This document shows, piece by piece, positions 37,156-47,371 of a DNA stretch of 64,000 nucleotides (positions are counted from its first letter, which is position 1; every line of letters starts with the position of its first letter). The position numbers and the translations under genes were made by a program. The stretch comes from Candidatus Aenigmatarchaeota archaeon. Its GTDB lineage: Archaea; Aenigmatarchaeota; Aenigmatarchaeia; QMZP01; QMZT01. The notes under the pieces were generated by a model that was not told the origin of the DNA, searched no databases, and was given only the letters and a program-made list of their open reading frames with translations. The stretch is taken from NCBI GenBank assembly GCA_043808015.1, contig JAZDFI010000029.1, positions 1 to 64,000 on the forward strand, read 5' to 3'.

Positions 37156-38316
37156 TCATCCTTTTTTGATGCCAATCAGGTCGAATTCCTTCATACGCGC
37201 CTGGTTTTCAAGAACCTGCGATATTGAAGGTTTCGTCCTGCCGCCGTCGCCGGTTACGAGTTCCTGCAGGTATAAGCCGGACTCCGCGGTTATATCAAAT
37301 TGGTATCTTTTAGTATTAATCCTTTTCCATTTTATGCTTTTAACCTTTTTATGCTTTGTTTTGTCGGGTTTTGCCCCCAGAATTCTGCTGGGCGTCCGCT
37401 GTTTTATGGCGCCTACTATGCCTTTGAGGCGCTCCGGTTTTTCCACGGGTGCCTCGAAATCCACCACGACCCTGTAGACCTTGAATGGGTTCTGGGCCTT
37501 GAGCTCGGCCACTTTTTTCCTGGAGGAAAGGCGAAGCCTAGCGACCTTGACTTTAGCGCTTTTGTTTATGGCGCTCTCCATCTTTCGCAGCAGCAAGCTT
37601 CTTTTGAGCGGCTGCTTCAGCTCCACGATGAACGGCCTCCATGCCAGGCATCTGGCATCCCTGTCCTCCCTGCCTTGCGCGTGCAGTACATGGCTCGTCG
37701 CTAGCGACGCCTTCATGAGCGGCCGGGCTATGATATCCTCTACCGAATCCTTGAACTGCCTCGAACTCGTCTGCGGGAGGCCGCGGAAGAGCTTTTTGTA
37801 TTCACCATAGATAAATAGCGGGTTGTAAAAAATCTCAGCCGACATTTTATGCACGTCGAACGTTATGATTATGTCCGGACGCTCGTTATCCTGTTTCTTG
37901 CCGGTTTTCTGCGCTATTATTTTTCCAAGTTCTCTCGCGATTTCGGCTTTCAGCGGCTCGCAGTATTTTATGCCGATTTTCCCCCACAACGCTTCTTCTT
38001 TCATGACGAGCGAATCGCTCATCCTGACGCCTATCATGAAAGTCGAAAAACCGGCAGGCTTAATCTTATTGGCGATGCTCGCAGCCGCCGCCGCTATTCC
38101 GGCTATTGCATTTTCGCACAACGGGCACGAGGCATCTTTATGGGCGGGCTGTGCACGCCCGTCTTTGGTCAGCATGGCGCGTATCTTACTGCCTCTCTCG
38201 CTATTGTCCGCCGCCCTGATGACCCCGGCGAACTGCCTGCCGAGGCATGAGTCGCACACGTCACCCGTCTCAAAAATTCTCAGCACTAGCGACGTTATCT
38301 CTTTGACATTTTTCAT
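37156..38316 (-). CDS. pus10: tRNA pseudouridine(54/55) synthase Pus10
   Basis: CDSCLGRQFA, GREDRDAR catalytic motif, GLYLQELVTGDGGRTKPS. Confidence 0.92.
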   Translation of the reverse strand: MKNVKEITSLVLRIFETGDVCDSCLGRQFAGVIRAADNSERGSKIRAMLTKDGRAQPAHKDASCPLCENAIAGIAAAAASIANKIKPAGFSTFMIGVRMSDSLVMKEEALWGKIGIKYCEPLKAEIARELGKIIAQKTGKKQDNERPDIIITFDVHKMSAEIFYNPLFIYGEYKKLFRGLPQTSSRQFKDSVEDIIARPLMKASLATSHVLHAQGREDRDARCLAWRPFIVELKQPLKRSLLLRKMESAINKSAKVKVARLRLSSRKKVAELKAQNPFKVYRVVVDFEAPVEKPERLKGIVGAIKQRTPSRILGAKPDKTKHKKVKSIKWKRINTKRYQFDITAESGLYLQELVTGDGGRTKPSISQVLENQARMKEFDLIGIKKG

Positions 38317-38340
38317 AATACCATCTTGTCCGCCTTGTTT

Positions 38341-39093
38341 TTAAGCTATTTTAAGGCCGAAAACCCTGACCGCGTTTTCCTTGGCGGCGCGCAGGACGCT
38401 CTCGGTGGTATCGCCGCGCAATTCGGCTATCTTGGCAGCGGAAAGCTTTATGTTCCACGGGTAGTTGCGCGGATCCTGCTCCTTGTTCGGAGAAAGGAAC
38501 GGTGAGTCGGTCTCAAGAAGCAGCCTGTCGAGAGGTATATAGCTAGCGATTTTGCGTATGTTTTTTGAGAAAAGCACCATAGTGGAAACGGATACATAAA
38601 ACCCGCGCTCCGTTATTTCTTTCGCCAGCTCTCTGGGCCCGGAAAAGCAATGGAAAACCGCTTCGACGCCCGCGTCTTTGACCATTTCGAAACACTCGCT
38701 TTCCGCGTCCCACGAGTGTATGACCAGCGGCTTTCCGAGGGTTTTAGCAAGCTTTATAAAAAGCGAAAATATCTCCGCCTGTTTCGCCTGTTTGGATGCG
38801 TCTTTTTCCCAGTGGTGGTCAAGGCCAACCTCGCCGACGCCGACAATCCTGTCTGCGTTTTCCTTTATCAGATGCATTATTTTTTCAGGGTCGCCACCCT
38901 CGGTTGGATGGTAACCGAGCGTCGGAAATATGAAGCCTTGGTTTTTTCTGGACAGCTCCAGGGCTTTCACGCCTTCATCGTATCTGGCCGTCCCTACTAT
39001 GACTGCTGCCAGTTCGCTACGACATCTCGCTAGCGTTTCATGCATGTCCTTATCGTAATCCCCGAAACACAAATGAGCATGCACGTCGATCAT
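38341..39093 (-). CDS. tatD: TatD family DNase
   Basis: DVHAHL, GEVGLD, HCFSG, LLETDSPFL. Confidence 0.93.
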   Translation of the reverse strand: MIDVHAHLCFGDYDKDMHETLARCRSELAAVIVGTARYDEGVKALELSRKNQGFIFPTLGYHPTEGGDPEKIMHLIKENADRIVGVGEVGLDHHWEKDASKQAKQAEIFSLFIKLAKTLGKPLVIHSWDAESECFEMVKDAGVEAVFHCFSGPRELAKEITERGFYVSVSTMVLFSKNIRKIASYIPLDRLLLETDSPFLSPNKEQDPRNYPWNIKLSAAKIAELRGDTTESVLRAAKENAVRVFGLKIA

Positions 39094-39863
39094 GCGTTAT
39101 CTCCCCCGAAAAAATAAACCAGCGCCTCTTCTATGCTTTTAACTTCCTTTATTTCAATGCCGGTTTCCTTGGCTATATCGACGCTGACCGGCACGTTATC
39201 CGTGGTGCACACGGGCGCGGGACCTGCCTGATCGCAGTATTTTCTGGTATCATAAATTATTTCGGTGCTCTGGCCGCTTGGCACGAGAAACGTGCTCATG
39301 CCGGCTTCCTTTGCAGCCTTTGCCTTGGCCAGCACGTGACTTACATGCCCTATTGTGCCATCCTCGTTTATTGTCCCGGTTATCACGATACGCGCGTCAA
39401 TTTCCTTTCCCGTCAGCGAAGCTACCGTGACTATCGCTAGCGCAGCGCCTGCCGACGGACCTTCTACCGACGTCGATTCTGTCTCAATATTGTATATTAT
39501 ATCATATTTTGAAAGGTTCATGCCAGTTATGTTCGAGGCGACTTTGCTTGAAACACGTATGGAGTTCTGTGTGTCGGTCCAGAAAAGCATTTTGTCTATG
39601 TTGGCCAGAACCCTCCCATCGCCTTCGCTGGTCTGGACCGTGAGTTTCGCTAACATGCCAAAGCCATCGTCGTCCACTGCGGGGATGAGTATTGACGCTG
39701 ATGCATTGTGGCTTTCGTTTAATGATGTGTAAGGCATGTAATTCATAACTCCAACTAGGTAACCAGTCATGAATATCGCGGCCGCGGAGAATATTATCGC
39801 GCATGTTCCGGCCTTGTTGCGGGGCTTCTTTTTTTTCACGGCGTCCTTCCTGTATTTATGCAT
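39090..39863 (-). CDS. Membrane-anchored Lon-like S16 serine protease (no ATPase domain)
   Basis: N-terminal TM; GPSAG catalytic Ser; TGTINEDG...AKAKAA Lys. Confidence 0.85.
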   Translation of the reverse strand: MHKYRKDAVKKKKPRNKAGTCAIIFSAAAIFMTGYLVGVMNYMPYTSLNESHNASASILIPAVDDDGFGMLAKLTVQTSEGDGRVLANIDKMLFWTDTQNSIRVSSKVASNITGMNLSKYDIIYNIETESTSVEGPSAGAALAIVTVASLTGKEIDARIVITGTINEDGTIGHVSHVLAKAKAAKEAGMSTFLVPSGQSTEIIYDTRKYCDQAGPAPVCTTDNVPVSVDIAKETGIEIKEVKSIEEALVYFFGGDNA

Positions 39864-39920
39864 AAAACCACGAGAGCGCTGCGGGTCTATATATTTAAAT
39901 ACGGCCTCTCGGATTATTAA

Positions 39921-40204
39921 TGCAGGGGCCTCCAACCATGGGGCTAGGCCTACCGTACCTTCGGGTGGCAAACGGTCTTCACGGCCGGTTGTAGTTTGCG
40001 GATGGTTTTGCGCTGAGCTGCAAAGCCCAGACTGCCAACGTAGAAGCCTTGTCCTGCAGGATCATCTTCATGGCGAACCGGGTCAGGGTCGGAAGACAGC
40101 AGCTCTAAGTCATGTCGGCGGTGCTTGCAGGGTAGCAGGGTGGAGAAGGCAATCAGGTTAACTTTCGGTTTTGTGCAAAGTCTACCGCAAACATGTCCCT
40201 GCAT
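39921..40204 (+). ncRNA. ffs: Archaeal signal recognition particle (7S) RNA
   Basis: Helix-8 motif TCAGGGTC-GGAA-GACAGCAG at about 40083-40102; 5' TGCAGGG pairs with 3' CCCTGCA; TATA box (TATTTAAATA) upstream. Confidence 0.88.
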
Positions 40205-40255
40205 TTTGTTTCGCTAGTGCGGGCCGCTTTTTATATGCGAATGTAATATTTTAAT

Positions 40256-41134
40256 ATGTCTTCCTTTTACAGAAAAATTTCCCTGCTTTTTTTCGGAGGG
40301 ATGGTCAACAAAAACATAGAATCTTTCAGGCCGCTCGAACCGCATATAAGAAACGCCAACATGAAAATCCTGCTGAAGACATGGATCAGCATGCTGTTTT
40401 TTTCGACGGCCCTCGCTTTTATTGCGTCTTTCGCCGCTATATACGTCCTGCTTTCATACGTTTTCCGGGTGGAATTTTACATATACATATTCAGCGTCAT
40501 ATTCTTTCCCGTGTTCGTCGCGTCGCTCGTATTCATATCGTTTTACCTGTATCCGGTTCAGAAGGAGCGGTCGAGACAAAAATCGATTGATAACAACCTG
40601 CCTTTCGCTATAACTCACATGGCCGCTATTTCATCGTCCGGCATACCCACAGAGTTCATGTTCGAGCTGCTGACTGGTTTCAAGGAATACGGGGAGATAA
40701 CACAAGACGCGAAGCTCATAATGCGCAACATAAAAACGTTCGGCATGAGCTCGGTCGACGCGATGAAGGAAGTCGCCGATCGTACGCCATCGCAGGCTTT
40801 CAGGGAATTACTGCTTGGCATAGTCAACACCACAGAAACCGGTGGGGATATGATAGAATATCTCCACGGCATGGCGGAGAAGGCGCTTTTCGATTACAGA
40901 ATAAAAAGGGAGAAATACCTCAAAACGCTTTCTACGTATGCCGACATATACACCGCCCTGCTCGTGGCGGCGCCTCTGATGATGCTGTCGATGTTGGCAT
41001 CGATGAGTATAATAGGTGGCAGTATAATGGGCCTTACCATAGAAGAGCTGATATTGCTCATGACGTGGGTTTTGCTGCCCGTGATGAATATGGGATTCCT
41101 GGCATTCATCCATGTCACATATCCCGGTGTGTAA
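40256..41134 (+). CDS. Type II secretion F / TadC-FlaJ membrane platform protein
   Basis: IDNNLPFAITHMAAISSSG, RTPS..FRELL. Confidence 0.9.
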   Translation: MSSFYRKISLLFFGGMVNKNIESFRPLEPHIRNANMKILLKTWISMLFFSTALAFIASFAAIYVLLSYVFRVEFYIYIFSVIFFPVFVASLVFISFYLYPVQKERSRQKSIDNNLPFAITHMAAISSSGIPTEFMFELLTGFKEYGEITQDAKLIMRNIKTFGMSSVDAMKEVADRTPSQAFRELLLGIVNTTETGGDMIEYLHGMAEKALFDYRIKREKYLKTLSTYADIYTALLVAAPLMMLSMLASMSIIGGSIMGLTIEELILLMTWVLLPVMNMGFLAFIHVTYPGV

Positions 41135-41135
41135 A

Positions 41136-41993
41136 ATGGAAATAAGCAAGACGTTCGTGCTTGAAATGATGTTCATATGCGCAGGGTCAGCAATACTGCT
41201 GCTGAATTTTTTTGTAATCGGTAATATATTTCCTTTCATAATGCCCCTGTTCAATGTCCTTGGGGCGCTGGTGGCGATAGTGCCGCCCTTTCTCATTTTC
41301 TACGGGCGCTACCGCGTAAGCAAGGAAATAGAGGAGCAGTTCATCATCTTCATAACCGACCTGACTGAATCGATAGATTCGGGTATGACGCTACCCATAG
41401 CCCTCAAGCACATAGGCAAGAAGGACTTCAGATCCATGTCCCCCTTTGTTCATGAGATAGCCAGCAAGGTGGAATGGGGCATACCTTTCGAGAAGGCACT
41501 GAAAATATTTTCCGAGAAAGTGAAGTCGACTCCCATCAGGAGGTCCGTCAGCACCATAATAGAAACATACAAGGTCGGCGGTAAGATATCCGACACGCTG
41601 AGAGCTATAGGCCAGTCTCTTATCGAAATAAACAAAATACGCCAGGAGCGCTCTGCATCGGTGCAGTCGCAGCTCGTGACCTCATACCTGATATTCTTCG
41701 TCTTCATTTTCATTCTGGTGGTGCTGAAAACGTTCCTGATACCCAGTTTCGGCACCATGCAGACGACACCATCGCTTCTCGGTGAAGAGCAAGCGCCGAC
41801 ATCTACTCCGGCCGAGATGTATAACCAGGCTTTCGTCAACTTCATCATCGTCCAAGGGTTTTTTGCCGGCCTCGCTACCGGCAAGATGGCAGAAGGCTCC
41901 ATCATTGCCGGGTTAAAACACAGCATAGTGCTGATAGTGGTAGGCTACACTATATTCTCCCTTCTGGGCCAGATGCAAATATCAATGTTTTAA
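41136..41993 (+). CDS. Second type II secretion F / TadC-like protein
   Basis: IEEQF..FITDLTESIDSGMTL; QGFFAGLATGKMAEG. Confidence 0.9.
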   Translation: MEISKTFVLEMMFICAGSAILLLNFFVIGNIFPFIMPLFNVLGALVAIVPPFLIFYGRYRVSKEIEEQFIIFITDLTESIDSGMTLPIALKHIGKKDFRSMSPFVHEIASKVEWGIPFEKALKIFSEKVKSTPIRRSVSTIIETYKVGGKISDTLRAIGQSLIEINKIRQERSASVQSQLVTSYLIFFVFIFILVVLKTFLIPSFGTMQTTPSLLGEEQAPTSTPAEMYNQAFVNFIIVQGFFAGLATGKMAEGSIIAGLKHSIVLIVVGYTIFSLLGQMQISMF

Positions 41994-42032
41994 ATACTTA
42001 TAGTGAGGAATAAGTAATATTGCGGTGAAATT

Positions 42033-42233
42033 ATGGGAAGGATAAAAACGATTCCTATCAAGTCACTTGGAGACCGTCTCCTTGAAGAACATGCTGACAA
42101 ATTCACGACTGATTTCGAAAAGAACAAGAAAGTCATTGACAGCCTGAAGGACATGCAATCCAAGAAAATGAGGAACATACTTGCCGGATACATAACCAAA
42201 GAAGTGAAGAAGATGAAAAAGGCCGGTCAGTGA
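42033..42233 (+). CDS. rps17e: 30S ribosomal protein S17e
   Basis: MGRIKT...FTTDFEKNK...SKKMRNILAGYIT. Confidence 0.96.
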   Translation: MGRIKTIPIKSLGDRLLEEHADKFTTDFEKNKKVIDSLKDMQSKKMRNILAGYITKEVKKMKKAGQ

Positions 42234-42237
42234 TTTT

Positions 42238-43332
42238 ATGAAAATAGAAGAAATACTGGAAAGCGCGTTCGTGGTCAAGCCAGATGACACACTTTCTCAC
42301 GTGGTTGCTAGAATGACCGAGGAGAAGCGCTACGAGGCTTTTGTTTTCGACGGCGAGAACCACGGCATCGTCACCATGGACGACATAATAAGGAAGAACG
42401 TCAGTGAACCACAGAAGATGAAAATATCATATTTCATGAAGCCCATAAACGTCTTCTCAGCAGAGACGCCGGCCGAGGACATAATAAACTACATGCTCGT
42501 GAGCGAATACAGGTCGCTGCCAGTCGAGAAAGACGGCAAAATATATGCAATAACCAAGCCTAAGCTTCTCGGCTTCATAAAAGACGAGGTATTCGAAGGC
42601 AAGAACGCCGGGGATATAATGCAAAAGCCTTTCTGCGTGAAAACAGATGACTCGCTTAACATGGTGCTTTCCGTGATAAAGGACGGCGGCAACAACAGGG
42701 TCCCTGTAATAGATGATAAAGGCAAGTTCGCCGGTCTAGTCGATAGTCTCAGCCTTTCTGGCATAATAATTGGCAGGGAAAGGCTAAGTCTTGGGGCGCG
42801 CAGCGACGGTGAAAAGAGCAGGATAGGCGACTTGGATATAAGCAAGTTCGCTACCAGCGATGTCGTCAGAGTGGGCCCTGAAGAAAGCGTCAAGAAAATC
42901 GTCAAGAAGATGTCAGATAAAGAAGTTTATAATGTCGTCGTCGAAGATGACGATAAGTTCATTGGCATAATAACCATAAAAGACATTCTCAAGCTAATAG
43001 GCAAGTCGCTCGAGACTGTGTACATACGAGTCAGCGGCCTCGGGGACGAGGATGAATTCGTCAGGGAAAAGATAGACGAACTCATTGAAAAAAGCATACA
43101 AAAGGTTCTCAAGGTCGTGAGAGTTTCGTATGTCGTCATACACGTCGAGATACACAAGAAAAAGGAAAAAAGCGATAGGAAAAAATATTCGGTCCAGGGA
43201 CGTTTCGTCACTGACAAAGGCAACTTCTACGCCAGCGACCATGAGTGGGAACCGATAAGCGCCGCCAAAATTTTCCTGGAAAGAATGGAAGGCGAAATAT
43301 TCAAACAGGTAAGCAAAGAACGCGGACGCTGA
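42238..43332 (+). CDS. 4xCBS + HPF/RaiA-like domain protein (putative ribosome hibernation factor)
   Basis: Two CBS pairs, then a C-terminal IRVSGL...KKYSVQGRFVT...FYASDHEWE HPF-like fold. Confidence 0.75.
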   Translation: MKIEEILESAFVVKPDDTLSHVVARMTEEKRYEAFVFDGENHGIVTMDDIIRKNVSEPQKMKISYFMKPINVFSAETPAEDIINYMLVSEYRSLPVEKDGKIYAITKPKLLGFIKDEVFEGKNAGDIMQKPFCVKTDDSLNMVLSVIKDGGNNRVPVIDDKGKFAGLVDSLSLSGIIIGRERLSLGARSDGEKSRIGDLDISKFATSDVVRVGPEESVKKIVKKMSDKEVYNVVVEDDDKFIGIITIKDILKLIGKSLETVYIRVSGLGDEDEFVREKIDELIEKSIQKVLKVVRVSYVVIHVEIHKKKEKSDRKKYSVQGRFVTDKGNFYASDHEWEPISAAKIFLERMEGEIFKQVSKERGR

Positions 43333-43335
43333 AGC

Positions 43336-44805
43336 TTAAAATGTTTTTTTGCCGGAAAAAAATTCATTCGCTGTTTTTTCCAGATCCTTTATTTTGACGC
43401 GTATCTGCTTCATCGAGTCGCGGTCGCGGAGTGTGACATCGTCATTCGTCAGCGAATCGTAATCCACGGTTATCGCCAGAGGGACGCCGAGCTGGTCGTA
43501 TATGACGTAGCGCTTTCCTATCGACTGTTTTTCATCGTATTTGGTTTCGAAAAGCATTTTCAACGTCTCGTTTATTTCTAATGCCTTTTCGTCTATGCCA
43601 TCTTTTCTGACGAGGGGCAGTATGACTACGTCTAATGGCGATAGTTTGCGCGGGAACTTGAGCACAGGCTTGCCTTCTCTTTCCGAAACGGAATTCTCGA
43701 GCACGGTGTAGAAAATCCTGTCGAGACCCATGGAGAGTTCGAATACGTGGGGTGTGAATTTTTCCTCATCCTCCACGACGGACAGGTCGACGCCCGAAAC
43801 CTTCGCGTGCGAAGATAGGTCATAATCGGTCCTGTAATTGCACGCTACCAGCTCCAGCCATCCAGTGCTCGTGTTAACCTCAAGGTCCCAGGTTTCCTTT
43901 GAATAGAAAGCCCTTGCGTTTTCCTCCAGTTCTCGGAAGCGTATGTCCTTAGGGTCGAAACCGCATTTCTCCATGAATTCCTGAGCAACGGCGAGATAAT
44001 AAGCGATAAGCTTGCCCGACACGAGTTTTTTCTCCACGGCATCCTGGACGCTTATGGAATGCGTTTCCTTGTCGACAAGTTTGAGCCTGAGCTTGAAATC
44101 TTTATACTTGTCGAAATCGTGGAAGTCGTTTATTTTTTTCGGGTTGAAAAACACCTCAGTCTCTAGTTGGGTGAATTCCCTGGTGCGTATGAGACCCTGG
44201 CGCGGCGAAATCTCATTACGGAATGAGCGCCCGGTCTGGGATATGCCCAACGGGAGCGAGACTCTTGCCGTCTTGTATATCTTGAGAAAGTCGGCGAATA
44301 TGTTCTGGCACGTCTCCGGCCTCAGGTATGCGTTTTTTTCGTCCGTGAGCGGGCCTATTGAGACTCCGATCATCATGTTGAATTTCTGGACCTTCGCTAG
44401 CGTTCCCTTGCATTCCGGGCATTTGACTTCGTGTTTGTCTATGAACACGTCGAATTCGCCGGATGACATGGCTTCCGGAATCGTCTCGCCGGTCGCGTCT
44501 TCTATGATTTTGTCGGCGCGGAATATCTTGTGACATTTCTTGCACTGCACGAGCGGGTCCACGAAATTTTTCAGGTGGCCTGACGCTTCGAAATTCTTTT
44601 TGGGCAGTATGAGACAGCCGTCGATTTCAAGCGAATCCGTTTTCCTAACGACTTCCGCACGCCAAAGTTCCGTGATTTTTCTCTTCATCACGGTTCCCAT
44701 GTGGCCGAAATCCATGAATCCCGAAAGTGAAGAGTGAATTTCAGCCGTGGGGAAGAATATGCCACGCTGGTCGGCAAGTTGCTGTATATGAGTGAATTTG
44801 TCCAT
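43336..44805 (-). CDS. glyS: Glycine--tRNA ligase (alpha2 type)
   Basis: YLRPETCQNIF, FRNEISPRQGLIRTREF, ELSMGLDR. Confidence 0.96.
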   Translation of the reverse strand: MDKFTHIQQLADQRGIFFPTAEIHSSLSGFMDFGHMGTVMKRKITELWRAEVVRKTDSLEIDGCLILPKKNFEASGHLKNFVDPLVQCKKCHKIFRADKIIEDATGETIPEAMSSGEFDVFIDKHEVKCPECKGTLAKVQKFNMMIGVSIGPLTDEKNAYLRPETCQNIFADFLKIYKTARVSLPLGISQTGRSFRNEISPRQGLIRTREFTQLETEVFFNPKKINDFHDFDKYKDFKLRLKLVDKETHSISVQDAVEKKLVSGKLIAYYLAVAQEFMEKCGFDPKDIRFRELEENARAFYSKETWDLEVNTSTGWLELVACNYRTDYDLSSHAKVSGVDLSVVEDEEKFTPHVFELSMGLDRIFYTVLENSVSEREGKPVLKFPRKLSPLDVVILPLVRKDGIDEKALEINETLKMLFETKYDEKQSIGKRYVIYDQLGVPLAITVDYDSLTNDDVTLRDRDSMKQIRVKIKDLEKTANEFFSGKKTF

Positions 44806-44850
44806 AAAATCACATATAAATTTATTGCGAGAGTGCTTTTATAAGATATT

Positions 44851-45510
44851 ATGACAGGCAGAAAAGGTCTGAAAATCGATTTTCATGTCCATTCACATTT
44901 CTCTTCCGATGGCGACATGACGCCGGAAGAAATAATAAGATATGCCAAGAAAGCCGGGCTGGACGCGATAGCCGTTACGGATCATAACAGCCTGCGCGGA
45001 GGCAAGGAAGTGGAGAAGCTTTCAAAAGATCTTATTGTTCTCGTCGGTTCTGAGATAAAAACCGATGCCGGGGAAATCATAGCTCTCAATATAAAAAAGG
45101 ATATAGAACGTGACCTGGGGCTCGAGGAAACGTGCAAGCTGGTCAAAGAGCAGGGCGGTTTCATAATAATTTCACATCCATTCGACAGGTTCAGAAGCGG
45201 TATAGGAAGCGAGGCTGAAAAAATAGTAAAATACATAGACGCGGTCGAGGTTTTCAACGCGAGGACTATGGTCGGAAAATTCAACGACGATGCGCTCGCT
45301 TTCGCCAGGAAGCACAACCTGCCATGCGTCGCTGGTTCCGATTCCCACTTCGCCTCAGAACTGGGTTCTGCCTACACTCTGGTCATGGCCGAAAATAAAA
45401 AAGACATATTCAAGGCCATACGTCAGGGCAGGACTGAAATAGCAGGCAGGAAAACAGGCATAATGCCACACTGGAGAACCTTCATCAAGAACATGAACAG
45501 AAAATTATAA
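44851..45510 (+). CDS. PHP-domain metal-dependent phosphoesterase
   Basis: DFHVHS..S.DG, TDHN, SHP, GSDSH. Confidence 0.9.
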   Translation: MTGRKGLKIDFHVHSHFSSDGDMTPEEIIRYAKKAGLDAIAVTDHNSLRGGKEVEKLSKDLIVLVGSEIKTDAGEIIALNIKKDIERDLGLEETCKLVKEQGGFIIISHPFDRFRSGIGSEAEKIVKYIDAVEVFNARTMVGKFNDDALAFARKHNLPCVAGSDSHFASELGSAYTLVMAENKKDIFKAIRQGRTEIAGRKTGIMPHWRTFIKNMNRKL

Positions 45511-46536
45511 TCACTTGTTCACTGTCGCATTTGTGATATTCCCTATTCCGGTTTCTATTTCTGACTGTATGTCGTCGATTGTTTTGTATTTGCCAAGGCC
45601 GCCAGTCAGGTTGTCCACAGGCTTCATGATATTTTCAGGTATTTCATTCGCCACAATCTCCTTGTAGTTGTCTATGGTGTCGGCAATTCTCTCGTTCGCC
45701 TGGCCGACGAACGGCACCATGAGAACGAGAAATGAAATTATCACCACCGGGAGAAGCAGGTATTCTATCACTATCATGTTGTTTATCTTGTGAAACTCGA
45801 TGTCTATTTTTTTCATGAGCAGAAGTATTGAAAGGGGAATGACTATCAGCAGTATCATGCTCAGCGGGAAGCCGTACTGCAGCAGTGAAACCACGTAAGA
45901 GAATGCGCCCAGAAGGCCGATCGCCACGAACATCTTTTTGTTGCCCTTTATGATGCTGCCCTTGAACTTGAATTTGTATATGAGGTAACTGGCCATGTAA
46001 ACCAGGGAAAACGCCATTATTATCCAGAAGGGGAATTTTGAAATGTCGGACGTGAGGGCGAACCATCCGCACGAATATTTTAGGAACTCTATGACCGTCA
46101 TGTTGACCGCTGTCTTGCGCAGGCTTTTCTTGAAGCGCGCGCGCGGCGACGAGTGCAGCAGGTTGAGAAAAAGCATGGCAGTTATCATCAGGAAAAACCA
46201 CTTGCTTATGAAAAACGACATACCCATTCCGACTACGATGAAAGTGGCAAGTATTATTTTGGCCTGCTTGAGGTTGATCATGTCCCCTGCCACGAGCTTC
46301 CATTTCCTCTTCTCGGCGTCTTTCCTGTCTTCGTCGTGGTCGACGATGTCGTTGTAAACATATACAGCCGAATAGGATATCAGGAAGGCCGCCAAAGACG
46401 CGAGCGTCAGAAAGATATCCGGAACTCCCAGCAAAAACCAGAACAGTATTATTCCAAGAAGGAACTGGACCATGTTCTTGGGGAGGCTTATGGTTATGCT
46501 GTTGAAAAGGATTTTCTTTATTTTCATAAGCATCAC
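45511..46536 (-). CDS. UbiA family prenyltransferase
   Basis: YVYNDIVDHDEDR NDxxD motif; multi-TM. Confidence 0.82.
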   Translation of the reverse strand: MMLMKIKKILFNSITISLPKNMVQFLLGIILFWFLLGVPDIFLTLASLAAFLISYSAVYVYNDIVDHDEDRKDAEKRKWKLVAGDMINLKQAKIILATFIVVGMGMSFFISKWFFLMITAMLFLNLLHSSPRARFKKSLRKTAVNMTVIEFLKYSCGWFALTSDISKFPFWIIMAFSLVYMASYLIYKFKFKGSIIKGNKKMFVAIGLLGAFSYVVSLLQYGFPLSMILLIVIPLSILLLMKKIDIEFHKINNMIVIEYLLLPVVIISFLVLMVPFVGQANERIADTIDNYKEIVANEIPENIMKPVDNLTGGLGKYKTIDDIQSEIETGIGNITNATVNK

Positions 46537-46545
46537 ATATAGATT

Positions 46546-47310
46546 TCAGGCCGGCTCCTTTTTATGCATTTCCCGCACCTTTCGTGCGCGGAATATTATG
46601 GTTGAGGCAAAGGTTGTTTTCCTGGCGAACGCGGAGTCGACGGCATTCCATAGTCTTTCCTGCCATTTTTTGCGCGAGCCGTCCGCCATCACCGGAGTAC
46701 CTTTTATCTTTTCAATAGAGAAGCCATGCATCTCCAGCAGCTCTTTAAGAGAACGCTTTGTGAAGGCGTGTATGTGGCCTACGCCCTCCTTTATGAAAGG
46801 GTTGCCAGTGTACGTTTTCAGGGACGACTCTATCCACGTCGGCATGAAACCCAGGAAAAGGAAGCCGCGGTTATACCATGAGGCTATGTTCGGCACGGAA
46901 ATGACCAGGCAACCATTCGTCTTAAGCGAACGGTTTATGTTGGTGAGAAGGTTCTCGGTATCATAAATATGCTCTATCACGTCACCGCAGAAAACGGCAT
47001 CGAAGCTGTTTTTTTCGAACGGAAATTCCTTGTCTATGTTGGCGGTCTTGGCGTCTATCCCTTTTTTTCCGGCCTCGGCCACGGCATCCGCGCTTATGTC
47101 TATGCCATAAACCTTCGCCCCGGTTTCCTTGGATATGATCGCAGAAATGAAGCCGTCACCACAACCCACGTCCAGGATTTTTCCGTTCTTCTGGCCGCTG
47201 AAAAACTCCAGGACTACTTTTATTTTTTTCTCCTGTATTTTGTAGTATTTTCCGGATTCCTTGGCGAAAATATTGGAGTAGAAATTCTTGTTGTATTCGT
47301 TTGTGTCCAT
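46546..47310 (-). CDS. Class I SAM-dependent methyltransferase
   Basis: ILDVGCGDG, DVIEHI, ISVPN. Confidence 0.9.
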   Translation of the reverse strand: MDTNEYNKNFYSNIFAKESGKYYKIQEKKIKVVLEFFSGQKNGKILDVGCGDGFISAIISKETGAKVYGIDISADAVAEAGKKGIDAKTANIDKEFPFEKNSFDAVFCGDVIEHIYDTENLLTNINRSLKTNGCLVISVPNIASWYNRGFLFLGFMPTWIESSLKTYTGNPFIKEGVGHIHAFTKRSLKELLEMHGFSIEKIKGTPVMADGSRKKWQERLWNAVDSAFARKTTFASTIIFRARKVREMHKKEPA

Positions 47311-47371
47311 GGTAAAGGATTGTGGCCTCCAGTTATAAAAACGTATAAAAACGGAACGTCATTATAATTGT

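Noticed and set aside
39769-40204. ORFs across 39769-40204 and the extended start of the S16 protease
   Set aside because: The region is explained by the SRP RNA gene and its promoter.
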